The notes under the pieces: model-generated | What the model saw: the letters and a program-made list of their open reading frames with translations, nothing else | The model's database searches: none | Told to the model about the DNA's origin: nothing | In this document: one piece after another, positions 10,000 through 19,589 of the stretch | Numbering within the stretch: the stretch's first letter is position 1 | How the letters are laid out: each line of letters begins with the position of its first letter | Made by a program: the position numbers and the translations under genes | Origin: an uncultured virus (IMG/VR IMGVR_UViG_3300021197_001546) | Taxonomy: Duplodnaviria > Heunggongvirae > Uroviricota > Caudoviricetes | Reading direction: 5' to 3' (one strand) | Length of the DNA stretch: 64,000 bases | IMG/VR virus record: IMGVR_UViG_3300021197_001546

Positions 10000-10030
10000 A
10001 AAAACGGACGCCCCGAAAGGCGTCCGTTTT
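9998..10030. terminator. Bidirectional intrinsic terminator
   Basis: aaaacggacgcc-ccgaaa-ggcgtccgtttt between convergent genes. Confidence 0.85.
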
Positions 10031-10050
10031 CAATTCGCACATCTAAGATA

Positions 10051-10947
10051 TCAATCCTCGCTAGCGAGTTGATTGAAGTAGGACATAGCGTCCTTGGTAT
10101 CATCAATCTTAGAGATATCTTCCTCCTCAGTCGATGTGCTAGGAGTAGCAGGCGAAGGACTCACGGTAGCATTGTTTACCGTATCATCTTCCGCAGTTGC
10201 AACTCCACGATCATCACCCAGAAGAACTTCATCAAGGCGGGCCTTGAGTTCGTCATACGACTTGAAGTTCTTGGGATCCGAGAACTCTGCAAGAGGGTAC
10301 TGACTCTTCCAAAGACGCTCAAGTCGTTCATCGTCCCCGTCGTACAGTGCAGCGGGAGACTCGAACTCAGACTTGTCGTAGTTGACGAAGCCAGAAACCT
10401 TACGCACCTTCAACTTGAAGTTTGCGCCACCCCAGTAATCAAAAGGATTTACCTTCTCTTCATCTTGGAATTCAGGATTCATTGCTTCCTGAACCTTGTC
10501 GAAAATCTTCTTTCCAAACTTGAAGAGAAAAATCTTGCCCTCGTTCTGTGGATTTGCGGGATCACTAACCACCAGAATGTTGGACATATAACTGAGTCGT
10601 CGCTTGCGATCCCGTGCGATGTCCTTGTCCGACTCAACTCCACTGTTCCAGAGACGACTGTTCATCTCCGAAACAGGATCCTTCTGACCCAGAGTGGTAA
10701 GAGAGTTCTCAATGTACCACCCGCCAGGGCCCTTGAATCCGTGGTTGTAAACCTTCACCCACGGAATGTCTTCTCCATCACTAGCAGGGAGAAAACGAAT
10801 AACAGCAAAGCCGTTACCAGACTTGTCAAGTTCTGGACGCCAAAGCCGATCATCCTTATATGACTTCTTCTTTTCGCTAGCCTCCATCTCCTTCTGGAGA
10901 TTGTCGAGACTGCCTTCTGAACGCTTCTTAAAATCACTGAAACTCAT
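10051..10947 (-). CDS. gp32: Single-stranded DNA-binding protein
   Basis: DDRLWRPELDKSGNGFAVIRFLP, HGFKGPGGWYIENSLTTLGQKDPV, GANFKLK, FKSYDELK. Confidence 0.97.
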   Translation of the reverse strand: MSFSDFKKRSEGSLDNLQKEMEASEKKKSYKDDRLWRPELDKSGNGFAVIRFLPASDGEDIPWVKVYNHGFKGPGGWYIENSLTTLGQKDPVSEMNSRLWNSGVESDKDIARDRKRRLSYMSNILVVSDPANPQNEGKIFLFKFGKKIFDKVQEAMNPEFQDEEKVNPFDYWGGANFKLKVRKVSGFVNYDKSEFESPAALYDGDDERLERLWKSQYPLAEFSDPKNFKSYDELKARLDEVLLGDDRGVATAEDDTVNNATVSPSPATPSTSTEEEDISKIDDTKDAMSYFNQLASED

Positions 10948-11017
10948 ATGAGTATCCTTTCCGCGAGGTTCTCCCTCGCACTTGAAATACGCTGGGAACT
11001 CCCCAGCACTGAATAGT

Positions 11018-11045
11018 AGTATAGTTTGTTTTGGTGGGATGTCAA
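11018..11045 (-). promoter_or_regulatory. Sigma70-like promoter for gp32
   Basis: TTGACA-N16-TATACT. Confidence 0.7.
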
Positions 11046-11047
11046 CA

Positions 11048-11266
11048 CTAAATCGGAAGTTTTGGAGCAGACGGCAACATATTCAGAATCTCGCCTTCTG
11101 CCTGAATTTTCTCGATTACTGGTTTTGATAAATACTTAGCAGCAATAGCAGGTTCCACATCGTGCTTCTCGCACAGATCGACGATTGCGTCGATGTAAGA
11201 TCCGCCATTTGCTGTTACACTTTCTTGGAGGTCGGTGGTAAATAGTCGTTCAACCTTTTCAAACAT
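11048..11266 (-). CDS. gp33: Late-promoter transcription co-activator
   Basis: SYIDAIVDLCEKHDVEP...LSKPVIEKIQAEG..LNML; AGGAG RBS before ATG 11266. Confidence 0.88.
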   Translation of the reverse strand: MFEKVERLFTTDLQESVTANGGSYIDAIVDLCEKHDVEPAIAAKYLSKPVIEKIQAEGEILNMLPSAPKLPI

Positions 11267-11348
11267 GATAAATCTCCTTTTCACCCAAAGTATAACAAAC
11301 TTTCCGTCCCTCTACAAGTATATATACTAGGAATATTGCACTTACTGC

Positions 11349-13640
11349 ATGGAGTCATCGATGTCAAACACAACAGACAACGTATTCGTAACAACTGGAA
11401 CTTCTGCCGCAGGAGCCGAAGTAGCCACCGATTATGTAAATGTAGGTGGAGTTACTTCACACTACCAGTATATGAAACTAGCCTTTGGTAACGATGGGGC
11501 TGTAACCTACGTTAGCAAGACCTCGGGTAAACATTTACCTGTTGAATTGTTCTCAGGTGGTTCTGCTCTCGGTGTTCAAGGAACCGCACTGAAAACATAT
11601 CTCGATGAATCTGGTATTACTCTAAACGTTTCTGTTAATGCACAGGGTCTCACTGCCATCGCAGTCGAGGGATATTCCACATCAACAACACCTCTCATGG
11701 TTTCAGGAACCACCGCTATCGGTGGAGCCGTAGGAGTCACAGGTAATGTGGCTGTGTCTGGTTCGGTTACTTCTACCGTTTCTGGTGGTGTCACCGTTGG
11801 TGGTTTCACCCAAGCAATCAACCCTCTTCTTGTTTCAGGTACAACCGCAATTGGTGGTGCTATTGGAGTCACAGGAAACGTAGCCGTATCAGGAGCAGTC
11901 ACCTCCACAGTTTCTGGCGGCGTTACGGTCGGTGGTTTCCCTGAAGCAACTGTACCTCTTCTCGTATCGGGTACAACCGCAATTGGTGGTGCAATCGGCG
12001 TTACAGGAAATGTTGCGGTAAGTGCATCCGACTTAGATATCAGAGGACTATCATACGGATCTCTTGGATCGACATTGGCACAGACTGCCACCACAGACTC
12101 AGTTGTTGTTCAAGGTGTCAGCGGAGCATTCCCAGTATCAACACTCATTAGAGGATACTCTGCTGGAAATGATTTAGGAACTGAGATCGGTGCATCTGGT
12201 GACGCTCTCAAAGTAGCCGTAGTTGATGCCGCAATTTCTGCAACCGTAAATGTCGGATCTGAAATCGCAGTCAAGAGCAACAACACTCACTTGCAAGTAT
12301 CTGGAAGTTCCGCTGGTGACTCCCACACGCATCCAGTAATAGTTGCAGGTAAAGCAGGATTCACCGCAATCGGTGTGACTATGGCTTCAGCAGTTGCGGT
12401 AACAGGAACAGTTGCCGTATCTTCCGCAACAGTCACTGCCACCGATCTTGACATTCGAGGTATAACTCTCGGAGCCGTCGGATCGACATTAGCACCAGCC
12501 GCAACCACAGATTCGATTATTGTTCAGGGTGTCTCGGGTGGATTCCCAGTTGGAAATGTTCTTCATGGAATGTCAACGGCAGCGGGTGGTGATCCCATTG
12601 CACTCAGCACCGTTTTCAATGGTAACGTGCCAACTCTTCAGGTTGATTTACTATCGGCAACAGGAATCACAAACACAGCCGCTATTCAGATTCATGGTAG
12701 AAATGATGGTGCAACTACACAACCCGTTTATATCGCAGGAGTAGGTGCAACTAGTGCTAGTGGCGGCGTATCGACAATTGAAGGACTGATTGGTGTGACA
12801 TTTGACATATCAAATGGACTTCCCGTAATAGGAGGAGCAACAGCAGCCATTGGATCGAGTCTGAAGAGTGTTGAAACACTTATGCATGGATTGAGCGGAA
12901 CATTGGTAAGACCAGTTGGAATGTCGGGTGACGCATTCAATGTTAATGTTGTTGGTGCTGCAATCAGTGCAACCATCAGTGATACAGACCTCACAATCTC
13001 AAGTGGAACCGTTGAAGTAAGCGGCGGAACACTCGAAAGGGTTAATATCACAGGTGGAACACTCGACGATGTTACCATCACAGGCGGAACTGTTGGGATT
13101 ACATACGAACATCTCCACGAAATAGAGGGTCTTTCTGGTGGAATCAGTAACATCTACGCGGGTGTCACGGGCATATGTGGATCGGTGGATAGTTTAACAA
13201 CTGCAATCACAATTAGTAACGATAACTTTGGGACTGTTCAAGGTGCGATTACCAGTGTGGATGAGGCATTAGGAATATTAACCGATGCCGCGAACGGTAT
13301 ATTGAATAATAGTATCGGTGCAATCAGTGACAGCCCCGCACCAACTAAAAGAGTTTTTGTTGAATCTACACCGCCAACATCAATAATCACAGAAACAATT
13401 AACGCTAACACGCCACAGGACGGCACCTCCTTCACCTCCGCTAATATTCTTCGAAGTGGGGCAAGAATAAAACTCCACCCCTTAGCGAGCGATATAGTTT
13501 TCATCAATGGTAGTGTCAATTCTGGATACCCACTGTCTGCGGGAGATGAAATTTTCATCGAGACAAGTAACCTTAGTACCATAAATGTATCTTCCGCCGG
13601 CGGCGGAACCAATATGATTGTCTTTGCACTAGGATTCTGA
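11349..13640 (+). CDS. Gly/Val/Thr-rich repetitive putative virion protein
   Basis: Three PLLVSGTTAIGGAIGVTGNVAVS-type repeats and two (S/T)DLDIRG...TTDS..VQGVSG repeats. Confidence 0.65.
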   Translation: MESSMSNTTDNVFVTTGTSAAGAEVATDYVNVGGVTSHYQYMKLAFGNDGAVTYVSKTSGKHLPVELFSGGSALGVQGTALKTYLDESGITLNVSVNAQGLTAIAVEGYSTSTTPLMVSGTTAIGGAVGVTGNVAVSGSVTSTVSGGVTVGGFTQAINPLLVSGTTAIGGAIGVTGNVAVSGAVTSTVSGGVTVGGFPEATVPLLVSGTTAIGGAIGVTGNVAVSASDLDIRGLSYGSLGSTLAQTATTDSVVVQGVSGAFPVSTLIRGYSAGNDLGTEIGASGDALKVAVVDAAISATVNVGSEIAVKSNNTHLQVSGSSAGDSHTHPVIVAGKAGFTAIGVTMASAVAVTGTVAVSSATVTATDLDIRGITLGAVGSTLAPAATTDSIIVQGVSGGFPVGNVLHGMSTAAGGDPIALSTVFNGNVPTLQVDLLSATGITNTAAIQIHGRNDGATTQPVYIAGVGATSASGGVSTIEGLIGVTFDISNGLPVIGGATAAIGSSLKSVETLMHGLSGTLVRPVGMSGDAFNVNVVGAAISATISDTDLTISSGTVEVSGGTLERVNITGGTLDDVTITGGTVGITYEHLHEIEGLSGGISNIYAGVTGICGSVDSLTTAITISNDNFGTVQGAITSVDEALGILTDAANGILNNSIGAISDSPAPTKRVFVESTPPTSIITETINANTPQDGTSFTSANILRSGARIKLHPLASDIVFINGSVNSGYPLSAGDEIFIETSNLSTINVSSAGGGTNMIVFALGF

Positions 13641-13641
13641 T

Positions 13642-16140
13642 ATGCCACTAAATCAAACAAATTATGTAGAAAGCCGCGGAGAACTTTTCCCCTACAATTC
13701 TGAGTATGGGGGTCAACGTCGAGTTCGATCAAATTATCTTTTTCGATCGGCGGATAATAAAGAAGTTAAGGTCGATGGAGTCAATATCACTTTCACAAAT
13801 GCAGTGACACTAGATTCCAATTCACAAACCATTCAAAATTCTTGGCCCATAGAAATTGGCGGTAATGTGCCGACCACACTCAATGGTGGTGATAACATTT
13901 GGAGTGTTACTCATTTTAGGGATTCGAATCTGTTAACTATCATCATAAAAGGTGATAAGGTGGTGAATGGAGATTATACGCTCGACCAACAGGAAGAAGA
14001 CAAAGAAATTTATGATGCATATAAAGCAGATCTAGAAAATATTCTAAGCGATACTTCTACCTCTGGTGATGGACTAATAGAAAACTTTTTTGGTTTCAAT
14101 TGGGGAAGTATAAACGGGAATGATGCAACGGATGTCGTTAGCGAAGCAATTGAAGTAACAACGGGTCCATCAGAGTCGGCGGCCTCTGGCGCTTCTCGCC
14201 GAGAATTTCGAGTTACTATCGAACTCGAAAACAATCAGCAATTTGATTTTTATGGCGCACAAGATAATTGGGTAGTACTGTCTAATGACAGCGGTACTGA
14301 TGGTGATGGAATCATTGAATGGAAGCCCACATTAACTACCAATACAGTAATAGGAAATCTTCTTTCGTGTACATCTGCTATACGACTTAATCCACCAGAG
14401 TATATCGAAGTGATGGATAATGTCGGATCGGTCTCTCTGGGGAAATATCTAGTAAAAGACACTGAAAACGACGACTTCATTTTAATGACCGAGCGTCGTG
14501 ACGGTCAAGATTTCCCTTCCGGAACATTCTCCAACTGCAAAATTTCAAGTATCAATCTACAACCAAGATTACGAGTTAAATATAAATTACCAGATCCGAG
14601 CGATCCAACACCAGATCCACCGCAAGAAACCGAAACTTACAGGTTCTATTCGCAGCCCTCGGGTACCGGATATAAAAATTTGGCCACAAATTCTTCTATC
14701 GACGCAAACCAAAAGATTGAAATAGACGGTCCCCCAGACCCCTCGGCTGTCCCTAATAATACCACTTTCCTCGACGGAAGGGACGCGGACGCCACGTCTG
14801 ATCCTCCTACCACCCCTATCACCGAGATATTTGGCGTTGGTGCATCTCGTACTATCAACGGCCTCAATTTTGGTGGAAACTTACCTTTCGGTGTAAAAAC
14901 ACAAACCGAAGATCTTTCCTCGGCGGGCGGACCTGTAAGATCAAGAAAAACCCCGTGGAGAAAAGGTTACAGAGCAATCAATAGGTTTACACCAAAAGAA
15001 GCCACGATAAGAAAGGTTCAAACGAGTTCTGGCGTGGATGGTTACATGAGAGCAAATCTGACCCTTAGTGTCGCACAATCGAATCAAGACAATCTGAGCA
15101 TAAATACCCCCGAAGCGATTCTACACAAACCAATATTGTGTCAATGGGATAGCACGGTCAGCGGAAGTCACGGCAAAAATCAAATATGTTTTGGTGCAAC
15201 ACCATTCAAGAATTCCGATGGTACGGAGATCCTAGACCTTCTATCGAGTGCGGACAGTTTTGGCGGAGCGAACACCCCATCCGCAAAATTCTTCATGAGA
15301 AGTGGACCGGCCCACACTCTCGAACGAGAAGATCATATCGGGAATTCGACGAACGGTTATGTTCTAGAGTCGAGCAATCCTAATACCATAACATTCTTTG
15401 CAGACATGGCGGATGCGGACACCAGATCGCTCGGAACTCGACCCCCATACGATTTCACAGGTAAGGTCTCTACCAGATACGGTGTAATTCCAGCGTACTC
15501 AGGAGAAATATTAGCAGCCGATAATGACATGGGCAATCAAGAGACACCCGATTTTGGATTCATAGAATTCAACTACACCAACACTACTGATTTGTCATTG
15601 ATTGATAAATTTGCTGTCTTTATTGACATCAGTGAAACTGACGAGGTCTTACGATGGAACGGACTAAACTATGACCCACTTGAGATGTGGAAAGGAACTT
15701 TTGCCTCACTGAAAGTTACGAACGTAACCAAGGGTACAAGTGTTTCTATTCCCAATACCAATTGTGTTATGAAGAAAGATAGTAAAACCAACTATGTTGT
15801 AGTTATGCACACGGACATGGGTAATGCTAGTGGTTTTGTAATCGATACAGACGATAAAATCACGGTAGAATTTTTGAATAAGAAAGTATTGAGAGACTTC
15901 GATACTAATGCTATTCCTAGCGATCCTACCACCGTATATGTGCCTATTGAGTATCGTCCATTAGAAAAGGAAGGTATGGACGATATCTTCTTCACCAAGG
16001 CCGAATCCCGACTATCAGACTTCACAATCTCTAGTGATGGTACGGTAGACGGAAACATCACCATCAATTACGACGGTGATGTTCCAGACGGTACACAATT
16101 CAGATTGTTCATCGAAGAGGACGAAGAAGGATCTCCGTGA
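13642..16140 (+). CDS. Large acidic hypothetical protein, probably structural
   Basis: 832-aa ORF immediately after the previous gene; D/N/T/G-rich. Confidence 0.6.
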   Translation: MPLNQTNYVESRGELFPYNSEYGGQRRVRSNYLFRSADNKEVKVDGVNITFTNAVTLDSNSQTIQNSWPIEIGGNVPTTLNGGDNIWSVTHFRDSNLLTIIIKGDKVVNGDYTLDQQEEDKEIYDAYKADLENILSDTSTSGDGLIENFFGFNWGSINGNDATDVVSEAIEVTTGPSESAASGASRREFRVTIELENNQQFDFYGAQDNWVVLSNDSGTDGDGIIEWKPTLTTNTVIGNLLSCTSAIRLNPPEYIEVMDNVGSVSLGKYLVKDTENDDFILMTERRDGQDFPSGTFSNCKISSINLQPRLRVKYKLPDPSDPTPDPPQETETYRFYSQPSGTGYKNLATNSSIDANQKIEIDGPPDPSAVPNNTTFLDGRDADATSDPPTTPITEIFGVGASRTINGLNFGGNLPFGVKTQTEDLSSAGGPVRSRKTPWRKGYRAINRFTPKEATIRKVQTSSGVDGYMRANLTLSVAQSNQDNLSINTPEAILHKPILCQWDSTVSGSHGKNQICFGATPFKNSDGTEILDLLSSADSFGGANTPSAKFFMRSGPAHTLEREDHIGNSTNGYVLESSNPNTITFFADMADADTRSLGTRPPYDFTGKVSTRYGVIPAYSGEILAADNDMGNQETPDFGFIEFNYTNTTDLSLIDKFAVFIDISETDEVLRWNGLNYDPLEMWKGTFASLKVTNVTKGTSVSIPNTNCVMKKDSKTNYVVVMHTDMGNASGFVIDTDDKITVEFLNKKVLRDFDTNAIPSDPTTVYVPIEYRPLEKEGMDDIFFTKAESRLSDFTISSDGTVDGNITINYDGDVPDGTQFRLFIEEDEEGSP

Positions 16141-16163
16141 TCAGTCTTCGTTTCAAGTTTTAA

Positions 16164-16373
16164 TTATCGTGCCCTTGCCCACTCTCGATCAAGTCTCCGA
16201 ACGTTCTCTTTACCCTTTGCGATAAAGAGTTCACTGTCGCACTTGTGACTGTAGATAACTCGAGCAATGATAGGCGTAGAATTCTTATCTACACACTTGA
16301 CACAATACTCGGTATCGGGGATTGCTTCGAGACGGGCGGGGGCGATTGGATTTTCACATTCCAAGCAGATCAT
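16164..16373 (-). CDS. DksA/TraR C4-type zinc finger protein
   Basis: CLECENPIAPARLEAIPDTEYCVKC. Confidence 0.85.
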   Translation of the reverse strand: MICLECENPIAPARLEAIPDTEYCVKCVDKNSTPIIARVIYSHKCDSELFIAKGKENVRRLDREWARAR

Positions 16374-16549
16374 AATATTCTCTAGGGCAGGGGCCGTGGT
16401 CGGCCCCAGTCCTGATACCTTCCAGATAGGTTCGTTAAATAATGCGGATTACGTTTTAGTCGTTTTAGGTATAGTCTACGACGGCGAGAAAGCAGGAGTC
16501 GTTTGAGCATTTAGGTATCTCTTTTGGTTTAAAGGGATCACCTTATATA

Positions 16550-16777
16550 TCATTTGCTCATCCGATCACGGTACTGTTTTGGGTTTTCCCAGAGGCGAAC
16601 ATTGCCCATAAGATCTCTCTTGCACTTCCAGATCATACCACACATTGCGAATAAAGCAAGCGACATTCCGTATTCAATCGGAATAATTTTTGCCACCATT
16701 AAGATACCAAGAAAGGCATTCATCGTGCTCATAATCAGGAGCATTGTCATGGCATATTCTTGTTCACGCATTGTCAT
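16550..16777 (-). CDS. Small membrane protein
   Basis: Two hydrophobic segments; overlaps the upstream ORF. Confidence 0.6.
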   Translation of the reverse strand: MTMREQEYAMTMLLIMSTMNAFLGILMVAKIIPIEYGMSLALFAMCGMIWKCKRDLMGNVRLWENPKQYRDRMSK

Positions 16778-16979
16778 TGATCCTATCCAAGAGTAGGTTC
16801 CACTTCATCAGTTCGGTTTCGTGTTCGGTGATTTTCATATCCACAATCTGACGCAAACGAACACTATCGTACGAATAAGCACCACCTAAGCCACCTTCGT
16901 TCTTGATAAAAACGATATCACGATCGGGGTGATTATGAATCTGATATGGTCCAGTAAAGTCATGAATTTCATCTTTCAT
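16764..16979 (-). CDS. Hypothetical protein
   Basis: Part of an ATGA-coupled ORF chain. Confidence 0.6.
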   Translation of the reverse strand: MKDEIHDFTGPYQIHNHPDRDIVFIKNEGGLGGAYSYDSVRLRQIVDMKITEHETELMKWNLLLDRINDNA

Positions 16980-17236
16980 GATCCTACCTTCCTTACCTTG
17001 TTGTCGCTACGAGAAAGCATCCACATCACACCGTTTTCATCTTCCCAGACCCAGTAAACGGGTTGAGTTGGATCTTCGATACGAACCAGCCACAGTTGAG
17101 TAGTTGCTTGCTGGATCTCTTGATTCTCTTCGAGTTCCTTCTTGGTATCATCCCAACGAAAGAAAAAGGTCATCGAAACCAAAAGAGAAATCAGTGAAAC
17201 GACCACTAGAAGTTCTAGTGTGCTGAATCCTCTCAT
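16976..17236 (-). CDS. Prepilin-type N-terminal cleavage/methylation domain protein
   Basis: MRG-FSTLELLVVVSLISLLVSM matches a class III signal (G-1, F+1, E+5, hydrophobic helix); ATGA-coupled on both sides. Confidence 0.8.
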   Translation of the reverse strand: MRGFSTLELLVVVSLISLLVSMTFFFRWDDTKKELEENQEIQQATTQLWLVRIEDPTQPVYWVWEDENGVMWMLSRSDNKVRKVGS

Positions 17237-17526
17237 TTGTGCCACCTTCGGTATTCTTCGTTTGCGGCAGCAGCCTCATCTTTCGCATACCATTCGCTAT
17301 AGATGATCACTGCTTCTTCGCTATGGGGGTAGTCAGACGTTGCCTCACGCTCTACGATGTTCTGTCCGTTCTCGGACACCCATGCATCGAACTCGTCCGT
17401 CCAGCGACACTGATCGTCTCTACCGATGATCTTACCAGTGATGAAGCAGATGTCCTCAGCACTGATCCAGTCTTCAACAATCTTAGGCAGAACCTTCTTC
17501 ATAGTCTTTTCATTCATACGAGCCAC
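17233..17526 (-). CDS. Hypothetical protein
   Basis: Coupled ORF in an early operon. Confidence 0.6.
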   Translation of the reverse strand: MARMNEKTMKKVLPKIVEDWISAEDICFITGKIIGRDDQCRWTDEFDAWVSENGQNIVEREATSDYPHSEEAVIIYSEWYAKDEAAAANEEYRRWHK

Positions 17527-17702
17527 TTTCCTCTCTTGATAACTCTGGTTTCCAGAATTTCCTGTCCACGCTTGTGCATGTTTCGTTGCTTGGTGATGCC
17601 TTTTCCGTAAGCGGTTTCAGGAATACCACGATGTTCACGAATGGCAGAACCTTCGCGTTCTGCCTCCAAATCAAACTGATCAATATGTCGCTTCTTGTTC
17701 AT
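17514..17702 (-). CDS. Small hypothetical protein, probably leaderless
   Basis: ATG lies 6 nt after a -10 box. Confidence 0.6.
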   Translation of the reverse strand: MNKKRHIDQFDLEAEREGSAIREHRGIPETAYGKGITKQRNMHKRGQEILETRVIKRGKWLV

Positions 17703-17708
17703 GACTAT

Positions 17709-17736
17709 AGTCTATCATAGATTCTAGACTTGTCAA
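17709..17736 (-). promoter_or_regulatory. Sigma70-like promoter
   Basis: TTGACA-N16-TAGACT with a TG extension. Confidence 0.65.
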
Positions 17737-17972
17737 ATGGTAAGGAGAGAGATTGTCGTTTCCTCGTTCTGCCTAATCTTCACGATCAAAGTGCCTTTTG
17801 TGATTAGGCTCTTTGTGAGGCTCTCTCCTTGACGTATATTGAGTCCCTGAGTGTCCCGTAGAGCGTCTGTGTCGTCCTCGTAGTGAACAACCACCCTTCG
17901 CTCCTCCGTGTCCTCTAGGAGCGTCCTGAGAGGGATCTGAGGAGTCGTATGGACGACGATACGGTTACTCAT
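17733..17972 (-). CDS. Hypothetical protein
   Basis: ATGA-coupled to the upstream beta-sandwich gene. Confidence 0.55.
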   Translation of the reverse strand: MSNRIVVHTTPQIPLRTLLEDTEERRVVVHYEDDTDALRDTQGLNIRQGESLTKSLITKGTLIVKIRQNEETTISLLTI

Positions 17973-18421
17973 CGCGTGACATCAGGAGACACACGGAAGC
18001 GTCCCTCGATGATCCTCGTAACGGTTCCAGAGGAGTCTGTGAGTTCGAGATCGTAGTGGTGCTGCCCTTCTGGGACGTTCTTCATGGTAGCAGAATCTGC
18101 CTGAATAAAAATGCCTCCTGTAGCACCTTCTGTGACTCCGACCGAAGAGGCATTCAAAAAGATGCCTCCTGTTCCTGCCGTCCCCGCAAAAGTGGCACCT
18201 GCCACATACTCACCAGTCGAGCCTCCACCTGTCACTCCGCGTTCTCCAGTATTACCTTGGAGATGTAGAATGATCTTGGAGGTCTTGGTGGATCTACGAA
18301 CCTGCATGTCAGCAGTATAGCCACTCAGGTTGATACCCGTGGTTCCTGCTGTTTGATATTCAAGAAACAACTTGAACGTTGCTCCACGATCTATATCTAA
18401 ATTATGTCGTGCTGCTGGCAT
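17969..18421 (-). CDS. Virion beta-sandwich (BppU/LtfC-like adaptor) protein
   Basis: NLDIDRGATF...INLSGYTADMQVR...YDLELTDSSGTVTRIIEGRFRVSPDVTR. Confidence 0.7.
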   Translation of the reverse strand: MPAARHNLDIDRGATFKLFLEYQTAGTTGINLSGYTADMQVRRSTKTSKIILHLQGNTGERGVTGGGSTGEYVAGATFAGTAGTGGIFLNASSVGVTEGATGGIFIQADSATMKNVPEGQHHYDLELTDSSGTVTRIIEGRFRVSPDVTR

Positions 18422-18430
18422 GTGATTCTC

Positions 18431-18649
18431 CTAAAGTCCTAAGACAATTCTAATTCTTGACCAAAGACCTGGCATATCTTCTGGATTTTTTTCTGCCCTC
18501 TTAGCAGCCCTGCTTACTTCAGCATCAGTTAAAAGAATCCACTTTGCAACCCCGTCCACTCTAATGCGAGTTGGCCAGTAATGGTTTGCTTCCGTGGAAT
18601 ACTTTTTGTCTTTGTTTGTGCTTCTGCTATTCATAGTAGTGTTCTCCAC
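18431..18649 (-). CDS. Hypothetical protein
   Basis: LLTDAEVSRAAKRAEKNPED; TAAATA late-type box at 18653-18658. Confidence 0.6.
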   Translation of the reverse strand: MENTTMNSRSTNKDKKYSTEANHYWPTRIRVDGVAKWILLTDAEVSRAAKRAEKNPEDMPGLWSRIRIVLGL

Positions 18650-18664
18650 TACTATTTAGGAAAA

Positions 18665-18750
18665 TACGGTCGGTGGGACTCGAACCCACAAGAGGTTTTA
18701 CCCTCGTCGGATTTTAAGTCCGATGCGTATGCCAATTCCGCCACGACCGC
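18665..18750 (-). tRNA. tRNA-Leu(UAA)
   Basis: Cloverleaf GCGGTCG...CT-TAA-AA, long variable arm, GTTCGAGT; no encoded CCA. Confidence 0.93.
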
Positions 18751-18902
18751 AACTTATTCAACGAATCTTCTTACCGTTTCCAGACCGAGAAGTTCGTGAT
18801 GCTGCATTTCCCTTTCGGGAGGGCTTCGCCTTCTTGGAGCCCTTCATCATGTTGTTAACGTGCTTAGACTGCTGTGAATTCATCTTTGCCATCGTGTTCC
18901 TT

Positions 18903-19268
18903 TCATAGAAGTTCAATACCTGAATTGGTAGTATAGTAGATTCTGTCGAAGAGTGCAATAGACCAAGGTAAACAAAATCTACAAGGTTTACTCATTCTCA
19001 TGTCACCGAATCTATTGTATCTAAAATTGAGAAGTGCTAAATTATCTTTCGGTCCTTTGTAACGAAGAAGTGCATCCAATTCGGAATGCACTTCATCGAA
19101 TCTATAACCATACTTCTTTGCCATCGGGTGCGTGCGAAAGTGGTTCGTGCCAACCGACACGATCTCGTTCTTTCGAACGATAATCGAAACATGCTTCTTC
19201 GGTCTCGGGATCTCTAGAGACACAGGAAGAGCGACATCTTTCACTTTATTAATGGTTCTAAGATTCAT
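18903..19268 (-). CDS. Cytidine/deoxycytidylate deaminase-like zinc protein
   Basis: HSELDAL (HxE) and SKPCRFC (PCxxC). Confidence 0.8.
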   Translation of the reverse strand: MNLRTINKVKDVALPVSLEIPRPKKHVSIIVRKNEIVSVGTNHFRTHPMAKKYGYRFDEVHSELDALLRYKGPKDNLALLNFRYNRFGDMRMSKPCRFCLPWSIALFDRIYYTTNSGIELL

Positions 19269-19416
19269 GATTAAAAAGTACCCTGCGTTATTACAGACAA
19301 ATGCGCAGCCCTCGTGTTCTTTATAGTGCAGATCGGATCGTTCATGCTAACTCTTGCCATACGAGATTCGCAAGTATACGGCACACTACCTAAGAGCGAC
19401 TTAGGATTTTCAACAA

Positions 19417-19489
19417 CTCCACGGGCTGGACTCGAACCAGCAACCTTGCGGTTAACAGCCGCACGCACTACCAATTGTGCTACCGTGGA
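19417..19489 (-). tRNA. tRNA-Asn(GUU)
   Basis: TCCACGG...GCGGCT-GTT-AACCGC...GTTCGAGT...CCGTGGAG. Confidence 0.93.
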
Positions 19490-19509
19490 AACACTGCCCT
19501 CCGAAGGAA

Positions 19510-19583
19510 CACGGGCGGCAGGACTCGAACCTGCGACCTGCGGATTAGAAGTCCGCTGCTCTATCCAACTGAGCCACGCCCGC
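19510..19583 (-). tRNA. tRNA-Arg(UCU)
   Basis: GCGGGCG TGGCTCAGTTGGATAGAGC...CT-TCT-AA...GTTCGAGT. Confidence 0.93.
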
Positions 19584-19589
19584 TTATGT

